64,000 nt of DNA from Hypanus sabinus (taxonomy: Eukaryota), in contig NW_026780455.1 in the NCBI RefSeq assembly GCF_030144855.1, positions 496,001 through 560,000 of the forward strand. The letters run 5' to 3'. The translations under genes were made by a program, and so were the position numbers. The notes under the pieces are model-generated. The model was given only the letters and a program-made list of their open reading frames with translations, did not search any database and was not told where the DNA came from. Below, in pieces: positions 49,060-62,897 of this stretch (position 1 is the stretch's first letter; every line of letters starts with the position of its first letter).

Positions 49060-51260
49060 TCAAACCTGCCTTCTAACGACACGCCAATTGCATGGCAGGA
49101 CTCTCAAATCGATATCGCTTCTGGAAAGAACGTCTGAATTCGCTTGATAAGGTGCTCCATGCAAGGCTTCAGAAATTAAAGCGGCATGGGATCCAAGGAG
49201 ACATTGCTTTGAGAATTCAGAACTGGCAGGCCCACAGAAGGAGAATTGAGGTTGCAGAGAGGTCATATTCTGCATGGAGTTCGGTGATCTTGGGATCTTG
49301 GTGTTCGGGTGCATAGGGCACTCGATGCCGCTACGCAGGTTGACCCGATGGTGAAGAAGGTATACATTAAACGTGAGATTGAGTTTAAGAGCCAAGAGGT
49401 TGTATTGCAGCTATATAGGACCCTGGTCAGACCCCACTTGCTTTAGTGTGCTCAGTTCTGTTTGCCTCACTGCAGGGAGGATGTGGAAACGATAGAAATG
49501 GGGCAAATGATACTTACAAGTATGTTGCTTGGATTGTGGAGCATGCATTATGATAATAGGCTAAGTGAACTCGGCCTATACCCCTTAGAGCGACGAAGGA
49601 TGAGAAGTGACATTATTGCGGCGTGCAAGATGATGGGAGGCATTGAGCATGTGGATAGTCAGAGGTTTTTTCCCCCAAGAGCGGAAATGGCTAGCACGAG
49701 AGAGCACAGCTTTTAGCTGCTTGGAAGTAGTTTTTCAGGATTAAGGCGTCAGGAGTAAGTTTTTTTTTACGCAGAGTGGTGAGTGCCTGGACTGGCGTGC
49801 CGGCGACAGTGGTGGAGACTGACCCGATAGGACCTTTTAAGAGACTTCTGGAAAGTTACATGGAGCACAAAAAAATGCAACGCCATGGGTAACCCAAGGC
49901 AATTTCGAAGGGAAGGACATGACTGGCACGGCGTTGTGGAAAAATGACTCAGTATGTTTCTATGTGTCCATGCATTGAGGAATATACCTTGCCAGCTTTC
50001 GAGTTGGGTCGGGGCTGTATTAATAGCATTTGCAGAGGTTTGGTGGAGTGGGCCGTTTCGCTGAATCAATCAATCAATCAATTAATTAATTAATTAAATC
50101 GTCTCACCAGTTATAGAGCACGAGGTCACATAGGCATCTTCACTGCCATGATCTTTCGTCAGCACAAACACTGCTGAGGAAACTGCGAACCTGCAGAGTG
50201 TCATAAACAGGCTAGGAGAATGCACTAGCGTCTGGTATATGGGGTACAAAGTTGGAAAATGCGCGGTCATCTACTTGGGAAGGACAAATGGAGGAAGAAG
50301 TAATAAACGACTGCAGTACGTTGCTGTGTATAGGGACTTTATTTGAATCACAAAAATATTGGTTTGCAGGTGCAGCAGGCTATCAAGAAGGCAAATGGCA
50401 TGTTCGCCTTTGTTGCCAGAAGGATTGAATTTTCGAGCAGGGAGGTTATGCTGCAATGGTACAAAGTGCTGGTGAGGCGGCGTCTGGAGTACTAATCATA
50501 GAAAACATACAGCACAATACAGGCCCTTCGGCCCACAATGTTGTGCCGAAAATGTCCCTACCTTAGAAAGTACTGGGCTTACTCAGAGCCGTGTACTTTT
50601 CTAAGCTGCATTTACTCATCCAAAAGTTTCGTAAAGGACACCATCGTATCCACATCCCCCACCGTTGCTGGCAGCCCATTCCACGAACTCACCATTGTCT
50701 GTGTAAAAACAATTGCCCCTGACATCGCCTCTGTACCTACTCCCCAGAACCTTAACATCATGTCCTCTTGTGGCAGAAATTTCAGCTCATGAGAAAAAGC
50801 CAGTGACTACCCACATGATCAATGCCTCTCATTTTCTTCTACAACTCTATCAGCACTGTGCAAGTCTGGTTTCCAGACTTGAGAAAGGATAAACTGGCTT
50901 TGTATGAAGTTCACTGGTTGATTCTGGAGATGAGGAGGTTCGACTATAACGAGAAATTCAGTTCCCTTGGACTGTCCTCGCTGGAATTCAGAAGGATGAG
51001 ATCATATAGAAACATAAAAAAATTATGAAAGGGATAGATAAGACAGAGAAGGAGAATTGTTTCCACTGGTAGGTGAGACGAGAACCACGGGACAAAGCCT
51101 GAAGATTCTGGGGAGTAAATTTAGGACGGTGATGAGGGGGAACTGCTTCTCCCAGCGAATGGGGGATCTCTGGAATGCTCTGCTAATTCAAGCAGTGGAG
51201 TCTACCTCAATTGATATATTTAATACAGCCTGGCATATCTTTTTTGCATAGTGGTTATGA
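49060..51260 (+). mobile_element. Cluster of CR1 fragments in the intron of copy D, with an opposite-strand CR1 3' end nested at ~50495-50830
   Basis: KLKRHGIQG..WIQNW, RRRMRSDII, MFPLVGETRT remnants; reverse-complement 3' end aatcatagaaaacatacagcacaatacagg. Confidence 0.8.
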
Positions 51261-52098
51261 AGAAAATGCAGTTATGCGGCGATGAGTCCACGGGCAGGTC
51301 ATCTTCATTGCCGGAGCATGCCCGACCGAACAGATGGATTATTTCTGCTGCAATTGCTAATACCGTTATGTAATCATGTTCCCTCATTTTCGCAGTTGTG
51401 AGGAGCTGAGCTTCTGTCATCGTGATACTTGATTAATTAACCTGTTCATTATTCTCTTAAAACTTCCCCTTTGCAGCCGCATCTTCTGGTGCCAGAGATC
51501 AGAATACATTCCAGTCATCGATTGATATCACTGCTCAGCCCAGAAGGCTCGGGAGCTGAATTCGGCCATTCGAGCACCCAGCCTTCTCCGCCATTCCGTC
51601 AGCTCTGATAGCAACCACATTCTAGCGCCCACTCCCCGTGTCCATTGATGTCACGACGAATCAAGAGCTCATCACTCTCCGCTGCAAAAGGTACCAATGA
51701 ACTGGTCCTCAAAGCTGTGTGTGGCGTTAAATACCAGACATTCACAAGACTCTGTGTAAAAAAGAAATGCACATCACTGTTCCATATGATGGCTTTCCTT
51801 TGAGAAAAATCATCTTCAGATCCAGAATCCATCACTATGGAAGCTACCTCTCCACGCACACGGTAACTCAGCTTTTGACTATTAGATAGGTTTAAATTAG
51901 AGTCCTTTCATTCCCCTGAACATCAGGAGGTACTTAAGAATCACTACCGACTTAACGCTGCCTCCTGATATTCTTCTAGCAGATACATCAATTCCATGCC
52001 CATGTCTGCTGCCGGAAGCGCTATCGATTAAAATAATTGTTTTCAGAGAATGTTTCTATCTAAATCTCTGTTAACCGTCTTTGTCTCCCTTAGCACAG

Positions 52099-53023
52099 TT
52101 AACGTGGTAACAATCGTCACCCTGTCGCTGGGTAAGTGCGGTCTCTCCAAATGCGTCACAATGTACCTGGTTGCCATGGTAGCAGTTGATCAGCCGGTCG
52201 TTCTCTTCGATCTGGTATTGAGCAAGATTCCGGGTACCTACATCCCAATTGAGGTTTTGCTCTGGTCGCGTCGTGTTCCTGTGTGTAATATCAACGCCTT
52301 CGTATCTTATTCTTCAACGGAGTGTTCTGCCTGGTTCACGGTCACTTTCACCTTTGATCGATTTGTCACCATTTGTTTTCAGAAGATGAAACGAAAATAC
52401 TGCACCGGGTAAACGGCGACTCTAGTCCTCGGGACAGTGACAGTACTGAGCTGTGTAAAGGACGTTTTTTGGTACTTTTTGCTCGATGGGTCATATTCGG
52501 TGTTAAGTTTGTCCGTGCTATGTGTGCGTTCTTTTTTGTTTTTCCCTATCTCAGGAGGCAGCAATTCTACTGATTCATTTCCTTCTCACCCCAATATTCC
52601 CTTTTGTCCTGATTCTCCTGTTCAACAGTTTAACCATCAGGCACGTCTTCCTGGCCAGCCGAGCCCGGAAGAGTCTCCGTGGTTCGAACGATGGCGAGAT
52701 GCCCGGCGACCCGGAGATGAATAACTGCAGTCAATCCCTCCTGTTACTGCTGATGATGTCGGGGAATTTCATCCTGTTGAGGGCGTTGCAGACGTGGTAT
52801 TCCATATGGGATAGCTGTTTTTTTTTACATTCACGTGATACCCCTAAAGTCCCTGCGGGAGCTGGGCTACATGCTGGAACTGCTGATCTGCTGCACCAAC
52901 ACGGCACTTTACGCCGCTGTCCAGGCCAGATTCAGGGTGCAGCTGAAGGAGACGGTGAAATCGCCCTTAAGTATCACGGCAAAGCTGACTCGCTGTTGTC
53001 AGTACCGCAGGAATTTTCAATGA
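52099..53023 (+). pseudogene. GPR139/142-like GPCR copy D, exon 2, with a nonsense codon and frameshifts
   Basis: cacag|ttaac VNVVTIVTLSLGKCG..; TAA at 52410-52412 (Lys in copy E); frameshifts near 52540 and 52830. Confidence 0.92.
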
Positions 53024-53557
53024 GGCTTCTCCTATACGAATCAAATTACCCATTTCGTCTGAGGAGTTAATTGTCTATTGTAAATACCAGACAAGAACCG
53101 CCGGTTGGGAACCAACTGGAAGTAAGACTTCTGAGCCGACCTGTGCCGGTAGACTGATGCATGAGACCGAGCTGTATTGGATAACACGAATACCAACTTG
53201 TCCTGGACGTAGAAGATAAAGGGTAGAGGTAGAGGGCAGCCATTTCGCATGTGACAAGTGCTGGAGATGTTCTGGCGTTTAACTTGGATGAAAATTGGAT
53301 GACTCATTAATATGTTTGCGGCAACACAAAAGGTGATGGAGCTGTGGATGTTGAAGGACCTTGGTAAAAGGGAAGATGGGTTGAAATTGTGGTAATGAAA
53401 TAATAACTTTTTTAAAATTAATGCGACAGTTCCGTCTCTGTTTTTTGGAAACGACAGAGAAATACCGTCGTATTTCGTCGGCAGGTAACTCAATGGCAAG
53501 GACCCCTCTGTTTTTTGAAGCTCCCTGCAACAATAGAAAATGCAGAATCCTATGCCG

Positions 53558-53571
53558 CCAGAAGGTGGCAG
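53558..53571 (+). promoter_or_regulatory. CTCF motif, unit D 3' flank
   Basis: ccagaaggtggcag, 1 mismatch to CCASYAGRKGGCRS. Confidence 0.5.
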
Positions 53572-54099
53572 TCGGCAATGCAGAGATTTCAATGTCACAC
53601 AGAAATCGCATTTTAATCACAACGGAGAAATAAGAGTCCAGCGGTAATGTTCGGCAGCGAGATGTTCCGGGGTTTGTGATATGCATAAAAGACTCGGATG
53701 TATGCAAATGATCTGACTAATAATCTTGCATCGACAGAAAAAAAAACACTTACTTTAAGACAGACACAAATTGACGGAGGATTTTCGGGCGGTAATTTCA
53801 AATGAACTCTGAAGAGCAAGACCATTACACAGAGAGTAATGGGTGCATGGGGTGCATTTCATACTGTGGTGGCTGAGGCACAAGGAGGAGTGACCTTGAA
53901 CAAAAGCTGAGACAGACATGTGCCTATGACAAAAATTGAAGGACATGGTCGTCATGCAGGCAGGGAGGATTAGTTAGCGATTATATTGCCAATTTAACTG
54001 GTTGAGTACACTGCAGGACGACAGGACTGTTCTAGTGCTGTAAACGTCCAATGAAGCGAACGAACAACTCACAATTTGGAGACTCTTTTTCTGCATTGG

Positions 54100-54470
54100 A
54101 AAGGACGAGGAGCCAGCTGAGAAGATGATGTGGCAGATTAGCTACTGACCTGGGAAATATGGAAATAAGTGATGAGCGCCTTAGGGGCGAGCGGGGTTAT
54201 GTAAGACGTTGTGTGTGATAGGTGTAAGAGGTAAAGAAACGGAGGAGGGGGAACGTCAGGAGACTTGATAGTGGATGAATGCAAGTAAGGAGATTCTCCC
54301 AGTGGAGAAGATGGGTAAGTGAACTGGACAGAAGTGACGAAAGAAGAACCAGAAAAGCGGATGGAGTAGGAACAGCTAGTGAACTGCAACAAATAAGCTG
54401 TTGCTGGAGATGGGAAAGTTCATACCCTCAGTTAGGAAACTACCGGGACAGAATATGAGCTGATCCTGTC
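54100..54470 (-). mobile_element. Penelope-like fragment
   Basis: Purine-rich tail plus reverse complement of a ..HILSR*FPN*GYELS.. GIY-YIG end. Confidence 0.5.
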
Positions 54471-55255
54471 GAAGAATCATTCCAGCAACACCGACCGTGG
54501 TCAGGCAATTAGCCTAACGATTAGCCTCGCAGTTCCTACATCACTTCCGGGCCTCAGTCAGGGCAATCTGTACGTCCGGCTCGTTCAAAATGATAGTTTT
54601 CCCGATGTGTCTCTCTGCAGTCCAAAGATCTATAGGGTACGTAAACTGGTTTTTGTGTATTCCCTTTTTGATTAGAGTGAAATCGCAATCCCTGACTTTG
54701 TTGGGGCGGAGCTCAAGCTGGAAATATTATAAATAGTTCGACAATAAACTCTCAGAATGTGAATGGGAAGATTGAGTAGATTTGCAGACCAGAATGCAGT
54801 TCTAACTATTGGGAAGTACTGTGCCGAAGGACTCGCAGAAACTTTCTCCGAATTTCTATCGGATCTCACTGAAGAGGTGGAGTCAGCACTGAACAGGCAA
54901 CACCGGGTACAGCAGGCGAAACCGGCAGACTGGCAGGTGAAGTGTCGCCTCAACAGAAAGGCCGGTTTGGGACAGGGAACTTCGGTACTGGAGACTCTGT
55001 GCGGGCCGGCGCAGCACTGGTTCTGCTTGCAGGGTTAGGCGCCAGGAGGGAGATCAATGAGCAGTCATTTAAAGCTGCTGGCGGGGCATCCGAACCCATA
55101 ATGTCGTCATGGCTATTAAACAAGTGTATGGATTCTTGTACCGGCTGTGAGAAAAATATGTCTTTGTATAAATTGAATGCAATCCAGTCCATCACGTGTA
55201 AGAGCCACCTCATCTTTGACTACATCGACAAGGAATGCAATAGCAGCAAAGCAAC

Positions 55256-58200
55256 AGAACCATAGAACCATAGAGCATTGCAGAACAGAAAAAAAACCTG
55301 TTGGCCCTTCGTGGCTGTGCCGACCCTCTTTTCTGCCCAGTCCCACTGACCTACACCCGGACCATATCCCTTCATACACCTCTGATATATGCAGCTGTCC
55401 AGGTTTTTCATAAATGTTAAAAGAATGCCCGCATTTAACGCATCGACCTGCAGATCATTCTACACTCCCACCACTCTCTGTGTGAATAACCTCCCCCAAA
55501 CCCCGAATGTTTATTCAACCTTCAGCCCTGCTCCCTTATCCCATGCCGTCTCTTTTGTTTTATTATTTCCCCTATCCTCAATGTAAAAAGACTCATTGCA
55601 TTCACTCTATCTGTACCCATCATAACTTTATATATACCTCTATCAAATCTCCCCTCATTCATCTGCGCTCCAGGGAATAAAGTCTTAACCTATTCAACCT
55701 TTCTCTGTAACTAAGTTTCTCATGTCCCGACTACATCCTTATAAGCCTTCTCTGCACTCTTACAAACTTATTAATATCCTTCCTGTAAGTCTGTGACAAA
55801 TACTTCACGCAAAACTCGAAATTCGGTCTCACCAATGCCTCATACAACCTCACCATAACATTCCAACTCTTATACTCAGTACTTTGACTTATAAAGGCCA
55901 ACGTAACAAAAACTTTCTTTGATACCCTATCTACCTTTGACCACTACTTTAGGAAATTTTGTATCTGTATCCCCAAGTCGTTCTGTTCTAATGCACACCT
56001 CAGTGCCCTGCCATTTACCTTCTATGTTCTACGTAGTTTATCCTTCCAAACTGCAATACCTCACACTTGTCTATATTAACCCTCATCTGCCATTTCTCAG
56101 CCCATTTTCCAGCTGCTCCAAATCGCTCTGCAAGCTTTGAAAACCTTCCTCACTGACCACCGCAACTCCGATTTTTGAATCATCGGCAAATTTGCTGATT
56201 CTATTTACCACATTATCATCCAGATCATTGATGTAGATGGCAAATAACAATGGACGCAGCACTGATCACTGTGCAGCCACTTGTCACAGGCCTCCACGCA
56301 GAGAAGCAATCCTCCACGACCACTCTCTGACTTCTCCCATTCAGTCAACTTCTAATCCAATTGACTACCTCATCATGTATACAGAGCAACCGAATCTTCC
56401 CAACTAACCTCCCATGCGGGACCTTGTCAAAGGCCTTCATGAGGTCCATGCAGACAACATCCACTGCCTTCCCTTCATCCACTTTATTGATAAATCTAAT
56501 AGCTTTGTTAAACATGACCTACCACGCACGAAGGCTTGTTGACACTCCCTAATAAATCGCTGCCTATCTAAATACTTGTAGATACTATCCCTTAGTACTC
56601 CTCCCAGTAGTTTACCTACCACCAACATCAAACTTATCGGCCTATAATTTCCCGGATTACTTTTAGAGTTTTTTTTAATGGAACAACATGAGCTATCCTC
56701 CAATCCTCTGGCGACCCACCCGTAGATGCCGACATTTTAAATATATGTAATGCCCCTGCAATGTCACCAATAATCTCCTTCATAGTCCGAGGTAATACCC
56801 TGTCAGGTCTTAGGGATTTATGTGCTGTCTTTGGCTTCAAGATAGCAAACAGCACCTCCTCTTCAATCTGAAAAGGTTCCATGAACTCAATACTTGTTTG
56901 TCTTATTTCCAATGACTCCATGCCAGTTTCCTTAGTAATTACAGTCTGAAATTAAACATTTAAGATCTCACCCATTTCTTTTCGTTCCATGCATACAAGA
57001 CCACTGAACTTCAATGTGACCGATTTAATGAATTACTACCCTTTCGCTCTTTATGACTGTCAAATCAACCTCGTGCCTTCTTTTCGCCCTGCTGATCTAT
57101 TTCTTAAGTATTTTCTTGCACTTTTTATACTCCTCAAGTACCTTAATTTCTCCCCGTTACCTATGCATGTCATAAGTCTGTCTACTTTTCTTTATTAGAT
57201 TTCCAATATCTGCAGCGAAACAAGGATACTTATTCTTATTCACTTTGCCTTTCAACCTGGCAGGAACATACAAACTCTGCACTGTTAACATTTATCCTTT
57301 GAAATCCTCCCAACTACCAACGACATCCTTGCCAGAGAACAACATGTTCCCATCCACTCTTTTTAGATCCTTTCTCATTTATTTAAATTGGGCCTTTTCC
57401 CACTTGAAAACCTCAACCCGATTACCAGATCCATCTTTATCCATGATCAAGTTGAAACTAATGATATTATGATCACTGGAATCAACGTGCTCCCCAGCAC
57501 ATACATCCATCACCTGTCCTATCTCGTTTCAAATAGGAGATCTAATACTGCATACTCTTTTCTTTTTTATATATTTTTATTAATTTTAAGAAAAACATAG
57601 ATAAATATGAATACCAAGCGTTTGAGAGTACATAATTAATAGTTTAAGTAGACAATCAGATATATAATAATCAATATATAAGGACTCCCAAACACAGTAC
57701 TCATGTAAAAGAGACAAAAAAGAAAAAGAAACAAAAAAAAAGAGAAAAATAACTAACCAACATGGGCCAATATATAATGTTAAATTCATACAGTAGAGCC
57801 AATAACTCCGAACCTCCAACCAAATAATTAAGGATAATGAAAGTAAGGTTTAGGAAAAGACAATTTAACCCGTATGAAAATGTTGAACAAATGGTCTCCA
57901 AGTTTCTTCAAATTTAACTGAAGAATCAAAAACCACGCTTCTAAGTTTTTTTTCTAAACTTAAACAAGTAATAGTTTCAGAAAACCACTGAAATACCGTT
58001 GGAGCATTAATTTCTTTCCAATTCAATAAAATAGATCTTCTCGCCATTAATGTAACAAATGCAATCATTCGTTGAGATGAAGCGGATAAACGGTTGTTAT
58101 CCATCATTGGTAAACCGAAAATTGCAGTAAAAGAATGCGGTTGAAAATTGTTATTTAAAACTCTTACAATAACACTGAAAATATCTTTCCAATAATTTTG

Positions 58201-60200
58201 TAAACAAGGACAAGACCAGATCATATGAGTCAATGAAGCAACATCAGAATGACATCTTTCGCAGGTTGAATCAACATGAGAATAAAGTCGAGCCAGTTTA
58301 TCCTTAGACATATGAGCTCTATGTACAACCTTAAATTGTATTAGGGCATGCTTAGCACAAATAGAGGACCAATTTACCAATAATAAAAAAGTTTCCCATT
58401 GCTCAGTGGATATACGACAATGCAACTCTTCTTGCCATTCCTTCTTAATTTTTTCAATACTGCATACTCTGTAGTCGGTACCTCTATATATTGATTCAGA
58501 CAAAAAAACCGTCCAGAGCTTTAAAAGTATGGGAGTCCCAATCAACACGTGGAAATTTAAAATCCCCTACAATCACAACTTAATGTTGCCTACAGTTGTC
58601 TGATATATCACTTCAGATTTGCTCCTCCAATTCTCACGAACTATTGGGTGGTCTACCATACAATCCCATTCATGTGGTAATATATTTCCTGTTTCTGAGA
58701 TCTGCCCATATGGCCTCGGTGGCAAACCATCTAAACAGTCTTGCCTCGGCACTGCTGTAACGTTTTCCCTGACTAGCAATGCCACACCCCAACCAATCCT
58801 TAATCCTTCTGTCGCTATCACGGCTAAAACATTGGAACCCTGGGACATTAATCTGCCAGTCCTGTACCTCCTGTAGCCAATTTTCACTGGTGCCTACAAT
58901 GTCATAATTCCACGTGTCAATCCATGCACTCAGCTCGTCGGCCTTCTCCACAATACTTCTTGCATTGAAATAGACACACCTCAGAATGTAATTACCACCA
59001 CGCACATCCCTTCTATTTGTGACTTTACATGAAACTTTGACCTCAATTATTTTCACTCCTGCTCCATTATCTACTCTGACACTCTGATTCCCATGCCCCT
59101 GCAATTCTATCCTACCGTCCTCCAATAGTACTAACAAATCTCTCTGCAAGGATATTGGTTCCCCATATTTCAGTTGTAATCCGTCTCTCTTGTAAAGGTT
59201 GCATCTGCCCCAGAAGATGTGCAAGTGATCCTGAAATCTGAAACCTTACACCCTACTCCAGTTCCTCAGCAACGCGTTCATCCAGAGCATCCTATTCTTA
59301 CAAACACTGGCACGTGGCACAGGTAGCAATCCTGAGATTACCACCCACGAGACCCTACTTTTTAAATTCCTACCAAGCTCTCTCTCCGCACTCTTCAGTT
59401 CCTCCTCACGCTTACTTCCTACGTCATTAGATGTGTACTATGACATCTAACAGCTCACCCCCCCATTTCAGAATGTGACGCGATCATAGATATCCCTGAC
59501 CCTGACTCCCGGGAGGGGACAAACCATCCGAGAATCTCTGTCGCGACCACAGAACATCCTGTCTCTACCACCATCTGTCGTATCTCCTATCACTACCGAT
59601 CTCCTCTTCTTCCCCCCACACTTCTGCACTGCAGAACAAGACTCAATGCGAGTGATCTGAGCTGTGCAGCTTGTTCCCTATAGGTCATCGCCCCCAACAG
59701 TATCCAAATCGGTATACTTGCTGTGAGCGGAATGGCCACAAGGGGACGTCGCTCTGTCTGCCTTCCCCCTTTCCTCGCCTGACGGTAACCCAATTACATG
59801 TGCACTGCTCCTTTGGGGTAGCCAACTCCCTGTAGCTACTATCTATAAAATTCTCATTCTGCCGAATGATCCGGAGGTCATCCAGTTCCTGCTCCACTTC
59901 CGTAAAGCGGTTTGTTAGGGTTTGTAGCTCTATACACATCTTGCAAGTATCGTTGTCAGGGGCACCGGAGGTCTCCCTGACTTCCCACATCCTGAGAAAG
60001 GAGCATTCCAACAACCTGTCTGGCATTCTTTGTACTCTAAACAAACAAATCAAAACTTACCAGAACCTACCCTTGTCTCTGTCTGTTCACGCCGAAGCCT
60101 GTTGAACCAAAGCCGTCCTACTCTGAATCAGTCCACTCCGACTATTATCAGTAATCAATTTGCGAATTTGAGAGTGAGGTTGTTGTTGTGGATCTCTTTA
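55256..60200 (-). mobile_element. Near-full-length, decayed CR1 LINE with a nested L1 insertion
   Basis: 3' (ttctatgg)n at 55256-55275; RT GNYRPISL..QQAFVRGRSCLT; APE RCVYFNARSIV..; ORF1 esterase and CxxC..CxxC coiled coil (59685-60053); 5' end approximate. Confidence 0.92.
57559..58455 (-). mobile_element. 5'-truncated L1/Tx1-clade insertion with a 15-bp target-site duplication
   Basis: TSD aatactgcatactct at 57544-57558 and 58456-58470; ORF2 C-terminus SSICAKHALIQFKVVHRAH..CERC..HMIWSC; A-rich tail with aataaa. Confidence 0.95.
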
Positions 60201-60379
60201 ATTAGATTTTCATCTTCCCTCCGTTTTGCCGATTCGAAACCACTTGTGATTTGGCTCAGAGCAGATGCAATTACTCATTCGGATCTATTTGTGACGTCGC
60301 TTTGAGGACCCGGACAGGTAAATCTCGGATATTGAATCTGATACTTTTAAACATTCCATGAACATTTCAGCAGATTGTC

Positions 60380-61000
60380 GTAGGCTGTGACAATGTTCAG
60401 AGCAATGCACTTTGTACAACCAACCTCCACACACTTTGCAGCACCCACCCCTTCCAAAAATAGATCAAATGGATTTGCAGTGGGTCCAGTGGAGGGCCAC
60501 GACAAGACCACAGGAATTAAAGGGTTAGCGAATGAAGATCTGGAACAGTACTCGCTGGAGCTTAGAAGAAAGTGCGGAGTTGAGTGTTCACATGGAAATC
60601 TATCAAATGTTAAAACGTCCAAGATAGAGTGGATGTGGAGGATTATTGGAACAGAGGGCACAACTGCAGAATACACTACTTCATAGAGAAAAGAGAAGAG
60701 ATGAAATTTGAACTGCTCGTGAGTGCTGAAGCTAAATAATCGACCGTCTCGAACGGCTATGGAGGTCACGTCTTTGTGGATCTTTAATATGGAGGTTTAT
60801 AAGGAAATTGTGATTTTGGGCGAATAGAATTGAAAAGAGTCTTGATGTAACGACCAGGCAGGCGCGATGGTCGCGAATGGTCTCATTCTGGTGTTTTGTC
60901 TCAGCTTCCTCTGCTCTCGTTATCGCAGCAGAATTACTCAGTTTCACCATCGAGTCTGCTCCGCCATTTCATCACGACTGGTCTAATTTTCCACTTATCT
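60380..61000. mobile_element. Small CR1 (plus) and L2-like (minus) remnants
   Basis: GIKGLANEDLEQYSLE.RR (CR1 C-terminus); RAEEAETKH.. resembling an L2 linker. Confidence 0.45.
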
Positions 61001-62364
61001 CTCAGGTTGTGCTATGCCCGCATCTCTTCATGCCATGACCAATAAGGAACCTATCAAAGTCTGCCTTGATTATATAAAGTGACGTCGACAGCTGCCTGTG
61101 GCGATTTGATAAATTTATCAAAGAAAAAAGTGGTGCATAAAGTTTCGCAAGTTCGGATCGAACACGAGTGATAAAGAAAAGCCAGGAAAGAACTAAAGGT
61201 GGAGAACACGAGAAAATTACAGATGCTGGAAATCCAAGGCAAAACATGGGAAATGCTGGAGGAACACAGAAGGACAGGCTGTATTAATGAAAATTAATAA
61301 ACAGCAGAAGCTTTCGCTGGACACATCTGCAGGAAATTAGGAAATCCGGGAGGATCAATGAAAAGTAATTGACAATCAGGACTTCTTCCCAGGCTCATGT
61401 CTGTCTCAGTATGTCTTCGACGTCATTGGTCCTAATGTACACCACGGGAAGTGAACCCCATGCAGCCACTACTCTCTCTGTAGAGTTCTTGCTCTGTAGA
61501 GATAATTTGAAATTTATTCCCGAAGATCCTCCGTCACTTTCGGTATGTCTCAAAGTAAATGTTTTTATTTGTCTCTTCTGCAAGATTATTAGTCTAATAA
61601 TTTGCATACATCCGAGTCACTGAAGTATATCACAAACCGGAAAAAAAAGTCAGTGTCGAACATTAACTAAAGGTGCGCGTCGGCGTTTCGGTGAGTTTCC
61701 GTACCAATCAGTATCTCAGGAGAAGTTGTTCAGTGCAAGATGTTATTCCTGGAGGGGCCGTGGGGAAAAGCTCTGATGTATCGAGACCAATTGAAGGTAT
61801 TTATGCTGGAGCTTTACTTCTGAGAGCATCTCACGTTTCGTCCCGATCTCAACAAATACATCGTCATGCTTTGCTTTACCTCAGCAATCACCTTCCCACC
61901 TACCCACTGTACTCAATCCAATTAGACAGATTGGACCATTGCTGCACAAAGTGTCTAAGAATTCCTTTCATTTACCATAAGGCAATGCGATGACAGTTGC
62001 TGCTTGAACTGGACGAACCGCGATTGGGCGACAAACATAAAATGCTGGTGGAGCACAGCATACCAGACAACATCTATAAGGTGATGCGCTGTCACTGCCA
62101 CTGGGCGGGTGGTTTTGAGAATGCAAGTTACGTAATTATTCTCAAGGTGACAGACAGATTTCAAAGAATCCCGGATGAAGAGGATCCTGTCTGCGGTAAC
62201 CAGTCTTCCCGAACAGTTCACAGACTGCGGCTCTTGGAAACAAAATTTCCCTGCAGAATAAACAGATGGAGCTACACTGGGCGTACCTGAGCAGGCATTC
62301 GGGCTGCACGGAATACCGGCAGGGCACAAGAGTCGTTTTGCGACAGTGATGTTATAGTTTCACA

Positions 62365-62720
62365 TGCAGATAATGCTGGAATACGTACACAACGCTGGAA
62401 GAACTCAGCAGGTCAGGCAGCATCCGTAAGAAACGAGTAGCCAACGTTCCGGGCCGAGACCCATCATCAGGAATGGGGGTGTGGGAAGAGAGGGCCGAAG
62501 CACAGTAATAGAGGTAGGTGAGGGGGTACGGCCTAGAGGCGCCAGGTGGAAAAACAAACTGAGGAAAGGTAAAGGGGGACGAGTGGGGATAAGCATGAAA
62601 GAACTGTAGAGATAAAGAAGTAGAAATTTGAAGGAGAGATAGGCCGAGAGGGACCTGCGATAGGGGAAGGGGGAGGGGGAGGGAATTACCTGAAATTGGA
62701 GAATTCAATGCTCATGCTAC
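62365..62720 (-). mobile_element. Penelope-like 3' fragment in the 3' flank of copy E
   Basis: gctggaagaactcagcaggtcaggcagcatc..ccgagacccatcatcagg terminus plus GA-rich tract ending ttacctgaaattggagaattcaatg. Confidence 0.65.
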
Positions 62721-62897
62721 CAGGCTGAACGAACAACTCGTAGAGAAAGTCAACTAGAAGGAGCACAGTGGAGGCAGAAAAGTCCCCGAATGTGTATCTT
62801 GGGGAGGGTGGAAGATAATCGGGTTTGACTACAGGTTCAATGTAACTGCACATGACTCTGACGAAATGGGATATTTTGCGGCGGTATGGGAGAAGCG

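Noticed and set aside
54763-55038. 91-aa ORF with helical, protein-like composition (GKYCAEGLAETFSEFLSDLTEEVESALNRQ)
   Set aside because: Short, no recognisable family, weak splice signals, embedded among TE fragments
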